A stretch of DNA of 64,000 bases. Source: a bacterium. Lineage in GTDB: Bacteria > J088 > JAWLBW01. The stretch covers positions 1-64,000 of the forward strand of contig JAWLHK010000016.1 of assembly GCA_041690355.1 (NCBI GenBank). Direction: 5' to 3'. Of the stretch, positions 9,665 to 18,800 are shown in pieces (the stretch's first letter is position 1; every line of letters begins with the position of its first letter). A program made the position numbers and the translations under genes. The notes under the pieces were generated by a model. It ran no database searches. It saw only the letters and a program-made list of their open reading frames with translations, and was not told the DNA's origin.

Positions 9665-10843
9665 ATGAAACTGCGTCTTCTGCTCGCGGCCGGCCTCCTG
9701 CTGCCCGCCTGCGTCCAAACCCCCGAATCGTTCGTCGAAACCGACGAACCCGACATCCGCGTGGTCATCGACGAAGACCACGCCTTCGTCCTTACGCGCG
9801 ACCTCGACAACACGACCGGCAGCGGCGCCATGGTCCATCTCGATCAGCAGAGCGTGCTGGCCGACGACCTCGGCCTGGGCGACTGGATCGGCAACAACAC
9901 GGCGGCCTTCGCGATCGGCAGCGAACTCTACATCATCGACAAAACCACGGCGGCCATCACCGTCATCGACCCGCAACAGCCCGAGACGCCGGTGCGCCAG
10001 TTCTCGGCCGGGGCCGGCACCAACCCCGAGAGCATCGTGCTGGCGAACGGTAAAGCCTACATTCCGCGTTACGACAGCACGCACCTGCTCGTCGCCGATC
10101 CGGAGACCGGCGCCGAGCTGGCGACCATCGACTTTTCGGAGTTCGCGACCTCGGTCGACCCTTATTCCGAAATGTCGGCCGCCGTTACCGCCGCCGGCAA
10201 AGTCTGGGTCGCCGTGCAGCGCATGGACCGTCAGCCGCCGCCCGCCTGGTGGAACGCCTCGACCGAGCCCACCGGCTCCTACGTGGTTTCCATCGATCCG
10301 GAAACCGACGCCATCGCCGACCGCATCCTGCTCGGCGACACGAACCCGACGGGGCTGCGCATCGATCCGAAAACCGGATGGATCGCCGTGGAAATGATGA
10401 GCGGCATCGAGCTGATCAACCCCCAGACGGCCGCCAGCGAAGGGTGGCTCATCGAGCCCTGGTCCATTGCGAACGGGATCTTCTTCTCAGCCATGACGAC
10501 CGACCAGGTCTTCGTCATCACCGGGGAATACCCGACCCTCGAGAATGGAGACGTCGACTGGGCGAACGACATTGCGGTGCTCGCCGCCGTCGATCGCGCC
10601 ACGGGCGCCGTCACCGAGGTGACCCGTTCGCCCGAGGGGTACTTCGCCCTGAGCTGCCTCGAGGTTTCGCCGCGCAATCTGGTCGTGGCCTGCGCCGGCC
10701 CCGGCTACCGGGTCACCAAACCGGGCCTGCGCATCTTCGACACCGCGAGCCACCAGGAAGTAACGACGAAGCCCCTGACCACCAGCCTCCCCCCCGTCGG
10801 CGTGGTGTTCTATCCGGTATCCACGACCGAAGTCGTCCCCTGA
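9665..10843 (+). CDS. beta-propeller (YncE/BtuG-like) lipoprotein
   Basis: Lipobox LLPAC; blades NPESIVLANGKAYI, GKVWVAVQR, VVSIDPETD...NP. Confidence 0.75.
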   Translation: MKLRLLLAAGLLLPACVQTPESFVETDEPDIRVVIDEDHAFVLTRDLDNTTGSGAMVHLDQQSVLADDLGLGDWIGNNTAAFAIGSELYIIDKTTAAITVIDPQQPETPVRQFSAGAGTNPESIVLANGKAYIPRYDSTHLLVADPETGAELATIDFSEFATSVDPYSEMSAAVTAAGKVWVAVQRMDRQPPPAWWNASTEPTGSYVVSIDPETDAIADRILLGDTNPTGLRIDPKTGWIAVEMMSGIELINPQTAASEGWLIEPWSIANGIFFSAMTTDQVFVITGEYPTLENGDVDWANDIAVLAAVDRATGAVTEVTRSPEGYFALSCLEVSPRNLVVACAGPGYRVTKPGLRIFDTASHQEVTTKPLTTSLPPVGVVFYPVSTTEVVP

Positions 10844-10936
10844 CAACTCCCGGGCCGGCCCCGCTCTCCGCGGGGCCGGCCATTGCCCTCCGGCGTGAAG
10901 TTCACCGCCGGCATCCGGTATCCTGAACCCATTCCC

Positions 10937-11926
10937 GTGCGCACCGTAACCCGCTCATTGTTCACCGGCCTGCTGATCCTGGGCCTGCTGCTGCTGCTTG
11001 TCGGCGTGCTCTCGCTCAGCTTCGGCGCAGCGGCGTTCGGCTTCGGCGACATGTTTGCCGCGCTGGCCGGCAACGGCGAAACACAGGTACGCTTCATCCT
11101 GCTCGAGCTGCGCCTGCCCCGCACATTGGCGTCGGCCTTCGTCGGCGCGGCCCTCGCAGGCAGCGGAGCGGTCTACCAGTCGCTCCTGCGCAACCCGCTC
11201 GCCGATCCCTACATCCTCGGCATCTCGGGCGGCGCCGCCGTCGGGGCCGTCTTCGCGCTCACGCTGGGGGCCCAGGGCAGCCTCTCGGTCGCCTCGGCCG
11301 CATTCGCCGGTTCAGTCTTCGCCATGCTCATCGTCTACGGCGCCGCCCGCCGGCAGGGACGCGTGAATACCGAAACGCTGCTGCTCGTCGGGGTCATCGC
11401 CAACGCCTTCTTCAACGCCCTGCTCCTCTTTCTGCAATCCCTGGCCAGCGACGAGGGTATCGTGCGCGCGACCTATTGGATGATGGGGAACCTGCGTTCG
11501 TCGCGGCTGGAGGATCTGCAGCTGCTCGGTCCTGTCGCCGCCGTGGCCGCCGCGGTGGTTCTGCGCGACGCCCGCAGCATCCACGTGCTCCAGCTCGGCG
11601 CCGAGACGGCCTGGCACCTCGGCATCGACGTCCGGCGCACCGAGCGCCGCATGTACATCGCCGCCTCGCTGCTGACCGCCGCCGCCGTCACCCTGTCGGG
11701 GCTCATCGGCTTCGTGGGCCTGATTGTTCCCCACATTCTGCGGCGGGTCTTCGGCACCGACTTCCGCGTCCTCTTTCCCCTGTCGCTTCTCGGGGGCGCC
11801 CTGCTGCTCGTCGTTTCGGACGGCATCGCCCGCACGGCCATCGCGCCCGCCGAACTCCCCGTGGGGGTGCTCACGGCCATGCTCGGCGGCCCCTTCTTCA
11901 TCTATTTGTTGCGGAGGCGCGGATGA
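10937..11926 (+). CDS. btuC: cobalamin/iron-chelate ABC permease (FecCD family)
   Basis: LRLPR, RNPLADPYILGIS, GLIGFVGLIVPH, ELPVG. Start codon approximate. Confidence 0.9.
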   Translation: MRTVTRSLFTGLLILGLLLLLVGVLSLSFGAAAFGFGDMFAALAGNGETQVRFILLELRLPRTLASAFVGAALAGSGAVYQSLLRNPLADPYILGISGGAAVGAVFALTLGAQGSLSVASAAFAGSVFAMLIVYGAARRQGRVNTETLLLVGVIANAFFNALLLFLQSLASDEGIVRATYWMMGNLRSSRLEDLQLLGPVAAVAAAVVLRDARSIHVLQLGAETAWHLGIDVRRTERRMYIAASLLTAAAVTLSGLIGFVGLIVPHILRRVFGTDFRVLFPLSLLGGALLLVVSDGIARTAIAPAELPVGVLTAMLGGPFFIYLLRRRG

Positions 11927-12693
11927 AGGCGGCCCTCCACTTTTCTTCGGTCAGCTTCGGCTACGGCAGCGCGCCGCTGTTTGCCGATCTGAATCTCACG
12001 TTCGAGGCAGGCCTGCGCCACGCGCTCATCGGCCCGAATGCGGCGGGCAAGACGACGCTCTTCAAGCTCGCGACCGGGCTGGTCCGCCCCCAGGCGGGAC
12101 AAGTCGCACTCGGCGACACGCCGGTCGCCTCCATGGCTCCTCGCGAGCGCGCGCAGCGAATCGCGGTCGTTCCGCAGTACGAGACCAATGTCTTCGAGCT
12201 TTCGGTGCGGCAGCTCGTGGCCACGGGTCGCTTCTGCCGCCAGGAGGGCTACTTTGCCGGCGAAGAGGATGCCGCCGTCGAACGGGCGCTTCGGCGCGCG
12301 GGCGCCATGCACCTGGCCGATCGCAGTATCTGGGGGCTCAGCGGCGGCGAGCGGCAGCGGGTGCTCATTGCCCGCGCCCTGGCCCAGGAACCTGAATGGC
12401 TGCTGCTCGACGAGCCCACGAACTTTCTCGACCTGCGGGCCGAATTCGAACTTATCGGACTGCTGAACGAACTTCATGACGAAGGCTTTTCCATCCTCGC
12501 CGTCACCCACGATCTGCAGGCCGCCAGCGAGGCCGACCGGGTGACCCTCGTCTACGCCGGGGGCGCCGAACAGGGTCCCCCCGAAACCATGCTGACCTCA
12601 GAAAAACTGAGTCGCGCCTATGGGTTACCCGTCGACGTCGAACGGGTTGGCCGGCGTTTCGTCATCACGCCCGCTCCGGCCACCCGCCTGTAG
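11923..12693 (+). CDS. btuD: cobalamin/iron-chelate ABC ATPase
   Basis: GPNAAGKT, LSGGERQR, LLLDEPT, THD; ATGA overlap with the permease. Confidence 0.9.
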   Translation: MKAALHFSSVSFGYGSAPLFADLNLTFEAGLRHALIGPNAAGKTTLFKLATGLVRPQAGQVALGDTPVASMAPRERAQRIAVVPQYETNVFELSVRQLVATGRFCRQEGYFAGEEDAAVERALRRAGAMHLADRSIWGLSGGERQRVLIARALAQEPEWLLLDEPTNFLDLRAEFELIGLLNELHDEGFSILAVTHDLQAASEADRVTLVYAGGAEQGPPETMLTSEKLSRAYGLPVDVERVGRRFVITPAPATRL

Positions 12694-12735
12694 GGTTCCC
12701 AGCGGCCCGAAGCGGAACCCTCTCTTTCTCGGCTC

Positions 12736-12778
12736 TGTGATCCGGATCACACCGCACCGCGCCATCGAGCGCTAGACT
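12736..12778 (+). promoter_or_regulatory. CRP-type operator and -10 (class II activated promoter)
   Basis: Perfect palindrome TGTGA-TCCGGA-TCACA (12736-12751) and -10 TAGACT (12773-12778), placing the site centre at -41.5. Confidence 0.7.
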
Positions 12779-12837
12779 GTTGGCATTTCCTGCCCCCCTC
12801 CCCGGCCGGGTTCAGCCCGGCCGCCCACGGAGCTTTC

Positions 12838-15800
12838 ATGTCGATTCGCCGCGCGTTGTGTGCCGCCGTCCTGCTTGTTTTCGCCTCCTGCACCACCGAG
12901 CTGGAGCACGCCGGGCCCTACGATCCCGATTCTCCCGTTTCGCTGCAGGCCCGGACCTCGCTGTCGGGCCGGCTGTCTCTCGAACAGTCGCGCGACCCGC
13001 GCGAAGCGACCGTGCTTGTCCGTTACGAAGGCGGCCAGCAGCAAGTGACCCCCGACGCCGAGGGTAACTTCCTGCTCGAGGGAATTCCGCCGGGACGCTG
13101 GACGGTGACCCTCGAGGCCCCCTTCTTCGTGACTGAGCAGCTGAGCCTGACGGTTACGCTGGGGGAACGGATTGACCTCGGGACCTTCGATCTCCGGCTG
13201 GTGCAATCGGCCGTTCTCGGTTCGCTCACGGTCGCCACGCCTGAAAACGGATCGGCCCCGAGCCCCGGCGGCGCCCTCGTCAATCTGACCTTCACCGGCT
13301 CCATCGGCTCGCCCGCCGTGGGCGCAGCCGACGCGACCGACAGCGTCGCCCCTCAGTACAGCTACTCGGTCGTGGCCCAGAGCGACGGCACCTTCGGCTT
13401 CGAGGGCATTCCCGCCGGCCTGTACTCTCTTTCGGCCAGCAAGGATAACGCCGGCAGCGCGCCCCTGGCCGTGCGCGTCAGCGGCGAACCCGTGCTCACC
13501 GTCGAGCCGCTCGAACTGCTCCCCCTGACGGGCGACTTCAGCATCCTGACGGGCGCCTGGACGAATCAGCGCACGATTACCCTGCAGTTGTTCGGCTTCA
13601 ATGCCGACGAGGTGCAGATCGGCGAAGACCAGGGCGCGGGCTGCACGTATCCGGGCGGATACGTCACCTACTCGTTCCAGGCCACCCTCACCTTAAGCGA
13701 CCAGGATGGTCTGCACACCGTCTGCGTGCGCTACCGCGATCAGGCGGGGCGCGAGACGGCCGACTACCGCAAAACCGTCACGCTCGACCGCGCGGCCCCT
13801 GCCGACATCGACGTCACCTTTGCCGAAGGGTCCTTCACGAAGTCGCGGCTGACCACGCTGCGCTTCACGGCCACGGGCGCCGACCGCATGCGTTTTGCCG
13901 AGAGCATCGCCGCACTCGGGACAGCCGCCTGGCAGCCGTTCGCCGCCACCCGTTCGTACACCCTGCCCGTGAGCACCGACGGCGTCCAGACCGTCTACGC
14001 GGAATTCAGCGATCTGGCCGGCAACACGGCGGGTCCGGCCGAGCGCGCCATCACGCTCGATCAGACGATCCCGAGCGGAAGCGTCAGCCTCAACTACGGC
14101 GACCCCTTCACCAGCTCGCCCTTCGTCATCGTTTCCCTCAACGTCACGGATGCCACCGAGGTGCGCCTCAGCGAAGACCAGGGGTTCTCCGATGCCGTGT
14201 GGGGACCGTTTCCCGCTTCGGCCGAACGGACCTTCCTGCTGACCCCGCGCAATGGCGAGAAGACCGTGTATGCCCAGTTCCGCGACGCTGCGGGCAATGT
14301 CTCCGAAACCCTCTCGGACTCGATTCAGCTGGACACCACGCCGGTCACGTATGCCTACGTGAACATCCCGGCCGACGTGACGAGCGAAACGACGCTGACG
14401 CTGCAGCTCGGCCGCGGCGATCCGCTCGTCGACCAGATGATGCTCTCGCAGACCTCCGATTTCTCCGACGGCGCGGGCTGGGAAAGTTACGTCCCCTTCC
14501 GCCCGTTCACCTTCACCGGGGCAGACGGCACGAAGCGCATCTACGTCAAGTTCCGCAAGTCGGGCACCGGCGCCGAATCGAGTGTCGTCACCGACAGCTA
14601 CGTGCTCGACCGCACGCCCCCTGATTTCGCGTCGATCAGCCTGAATGCGGGCGCGCCGTATGCCACCACGTCGCAGGTCACCCTGTCGCTGAGCGGTTCT
14701 GACGCGACGTCGGGACTCCAGAGCCTGCTCCTCAGCGAGAATCCGGCACTGACCGGCGCGGTGGTCGAACCCTACATGCTCTCAAAGGTGATTTCGCTGT
14801 CCCCCGGCGAAGGACTGCGCACGGTGTATGCCCGTTTCGGCGACCGGGCCGGCAATTTCTCGGCCCCGGTTTCGGCGAGCATCGTCGTCGACCGCACGGC
14901 GCCGACGATTTCGCTCTTCCAAGCCGAAGACGCGAACGGCAACCCCCTGATGTTTTCGGCTTCGAGCCGGGTTCTCCTGCGCATGCTGGCCGCCGACGCA
15001 CACCCCCTGCAGATGCAGCTTTCGAACGGGAACACCTTTGCCGGCAGCTCCTGGACCCCCTGGCAGGAGACCGTGTACTGGGACGTTCCGCTCCCGACAT
15101 CGCCGGCGGGCAACCTGCGCACCGTCTGGTTCAAGGCGCGCGACGCCGCCGGGCACACCGTCGGACCGGTCAGCTATACGTTCACCGTCGACACCCTGGC
15201 GCCGAGCGGCGTCACGATGAGCGTCGCGGGCGCGGCCACGAAGAGCCGCGACGTAACCGTCTACTTCGAACCGGCCGACGCAACGCGCATCGAACTGTCC
15301 GACACCGTCGGCTTTCAGGCGCCGCTGTCCTTCGCCGCCCGATCGTCGACCACGTATACGCTCCCGGCCGGAGACGGCGTCAAGTACCTGTACGCGCGCT
15401 TTCTCGACGATGCCGGGAACACGTCGGTCACCGTCTCGGATCAGATTCTTCTCGACACGACCCCGCCGCGCTACGCCGACCTCACGATCGCCGACGGCGC
15501 CTACACGCGGCTTCCGTCGGTCACGCTGCTCCTGACCGCGCTCGACGCCGACGTCTACCAGGCGGCAGAAGGAAGCTGCGCCGGCGCCTGGCAGCCGTTC
15601 ACCACCTCGACCGCGTTCGCCTTCACGTCACCCGGCGAAGGCCTGAAGACCATCGCCCTACGGTACGGCGACGAGGCCGGCAACCTTTCGAGCTGCCTCA
15701 AGCGCACGGTGACCTACGATGCCACGCCCCCCGAGTTCACGGCCAGCCCCGTCGTCACCGTCGGCACCGGCGCCTCGCACGTCATCGACCGCGCCGTTCC

Positions 15801-18800
15801 GCTGACCCTGGCGGTCACGGGCGCGACCGAAATGCAGGTCAGCGAGAACATGGCGTTCGTGGGGGCCGCCTGGGTGCCCTTCAATCCTACGCCGACGTGG
15901 AACCTGAGCGCCGGCGACGGAGACAAGACGATCTACGCGCGCTTCCGCGACGCGGCGGGTAACGTGACGATCACCCAGTCGGCCGATGTCGCACTCGACA
16001 CCGTTCCGCCGACCTTCAACGCCGCTGTCGCACCGGCCGTGACCAGCGCGGTCATCGTACCCATCACGCTCACCGCCAACGGCGCCACCGCCATGCGGCT
16101 CTCCACCGCCGCCGACTTCTCGGATGTCAGCGACTGGGCGCCGTTCGCCGCCGACGCCACCTTCTACGCGGGCCTCACTGAGGGTCAGCGCACGATCTAC
16201 ATTCAGCTTGCCGATCCGGCCGGTAACGAATCGCTCGTCCGCTCGGTCGAGGTTCTGATCGACCGGACGGCTCCGGAACCGCCGACCCTGTCGTTCACCG
16301 GCGGAATGTACACGCGCAACGAGACGGTGACCCTGCAGGTGATCGCCAGCGATACGACCGAGCTGCAGATCAGCCAGGACCCCGGGTTCAGCGGCGCATC
16401 GTGGACCTCGTATGCCAGCCTGAAATCGGTGGCGCTGCTCGGCGGCGAGGGCGCGAAGACCGTCTGGGTACGCGCCCGCGACGCCGCGGGCAACGTGAGC
16501 ACGCCCCCCGCGAGCGCCACCATCGTTCTCGATCAGACGCCGCCCCAGATCACGCTGCATGAGATCCGCGATGGCGCCGGCACCACGATCACGAGCACCA
16601 ATCAGCTGCGTGTCTATGTCGCCCTGAACGTCACCGACGCCACCCCCGTCACCATGCAGATGTCGGCGACGGGGGTCTTCTCCGCCTCGGCGGTCGAGCC
16701 GTTGCAGACGCTTCGCGCCTGGGATCTGGCGCCGCCCACGAATCCGCTCGGAGATAACCGTTCGATCCACGTACGTCTGACCGACGCGGCGGGCAACACC
16801 ATCGACGCGGCCCCCCTCCCGGTGCTCGTCGACACGATCGCGCCGACGAGTCCTTCGCTCGCGTTCGCGTCAAGCCTCGTTTCCGACGCGACCGTGAAGC
16901 TGAACTTCGGCGCCTTCAACGCCGACGCCATCGAGCTGTCCGACGACATCAGCTTTCTTCTGCCGAGCACGTTCGCCATGCGCGCCGATACGGACTATAC
17001 GCTTCCCGCCGGCGACGGCCTGAAGACGGTGTACGCCCGCTATCTGGACCTCCACGGCAACGCCACCCAGATCGTGGCCGCCAGCACCGTGCTCGACACC
17101 ACCGAGCCGCAGCTCGCGGGCTTCACGATCGAACAGGGCGCGATCACGAACCTGAGCATCATCAACCTGTCGCTCTCGGCCATCGACGCCTGGGAGATGC
17201 AGATCGCCGAGAACGCGTGCGGCGGGCTGTGGCGCCCCTTCGAGTCCGGCTATGCGCATACTTTCACATCGGCAAGCGAGGGCTTGAAACAGATCCGCGT
17301 GCGCTACCGCGACCGCGCCGGCAACCCGACGGCCTGCCTCCCCCGGCAGATCCTGGTGGACCGCACCGCACCGATCTTCACGGCCACCCCGGTGGTCCAG
17401 ATCAACAATGGCGCCACCACGACAACCGAGCGCACGATCAGCATGGCCTTCGCCGTGAGCGGCGCCACCGAAATGATCATCAGCGAGCACCCCTCGTTCA
17501 TCGAAGCCAACTGGGTGCCGTTCGCGCCGACCTACAGCTGGGCGCTCAGTCCGGGCTTCGAGGAGAAGACGCTCTACGTCAAGTTCCGCGACGCCGCGGG
17601 CAACGAGACGGCCGAGCGCACCGATACCGTTTACCTCCTGCCGCTGACCCCGGCCATCAACGCGAGCATCATCGACGGCGATTACACGCGATACACGACC
17701 GTGCAGGTGCAGGTGCTGGCCAGTAACGCTGCCTTCGTCATGCTGGGCACCCAGTCCGATCTCTCCGACGGCGTCTGGCAGGCCTACGAGCCCGTGCTCC
17801 CCTTCACGCTCAGCGGAAGCGACGGGCTCAAGCACGTCTACGTCAAGATCCGCGACGGGTATGGCAACGAGAGCAACATCGTTTCGGACACGATCACGCT
17901 CGACCGGGTCGCGCCCAACGTGACGCTGCTCGAAGCCCAGGACTCCTTCGGCACGCCCATCACGTACTCGCAGCAGACCCGCTACTACATCCGCATGGAA
18001 GTGAGCGACCTGAGTCCGGTGCTGGTGCAGTACAGCCCGACGAATAATTTCATCGGCATCATTCAGGAAGATTTCCAGCCCCTGCGCGCCTGGGATGCCC
18101 AGCCCGCGACGGATCCCGACGGCGAAGAACGTTCCACTTACGTGCGCATCGTCGACCGTGCCGGTAACGTTTCGTACGCCGGCCCCGTCATCGTGCTCGT
18201 CGACAACGTCGGCGTCACCCAGGAAGCTTCGCGAATCACCATCAGCCCGTCTGTGGTTTCCGACGCGACCGTGACGGTGAACCTGTTCTCGGTCACGGCC
18301 GAAGGGGCCGAGCTGGCCGAAGATCCGCTCTTCACGATTCCCGTCCAGTTCAGCATGCGGGCGACGACCGACTACACCTTCACCCCCGGCGACGGCCTGC
18401 GCACCCTTTACGGCCGCTTCTTCTCGGGCGGCAGCTACGAGCCGACGGTTACGGCCACGGTTGTCCTCGACACGACCCCGCCGCAGAATGTCGGCTTCAC
18501 CGTGGACGAAGCGCCCATCTCGCCGTCGACGAAGATTCACATCCGCTCGACGACGACCGGCGCCTATGAAATGCGCATCGCCGAGGGCACCTGCGGCGGC
18601 GCGTGGGTCCCCTTCCAGCCGGTCTACGAATACACGTTTGCGAGCGGCGTCAACGAGATGAAGACCGTCGCGGTCCAGTACCGAGACCACGTCAACCACC
18701 AGACGCTCTGCATCACCGAAGACCTCATGCTCGACTCGTCGCTCGCCAACATCACGGGCATCAGCCCGAACCGTGGCGGCGCAGGCGACGTCGTCACGAT

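Noticed and set aside
12694-12837. Giant protein as part of the B12 regulon
   Set aside because: A hairpin with a pyrimidine tail follows btuD and a separate CRP-type promoter precedes the gene, so co-regulation is unsupported.
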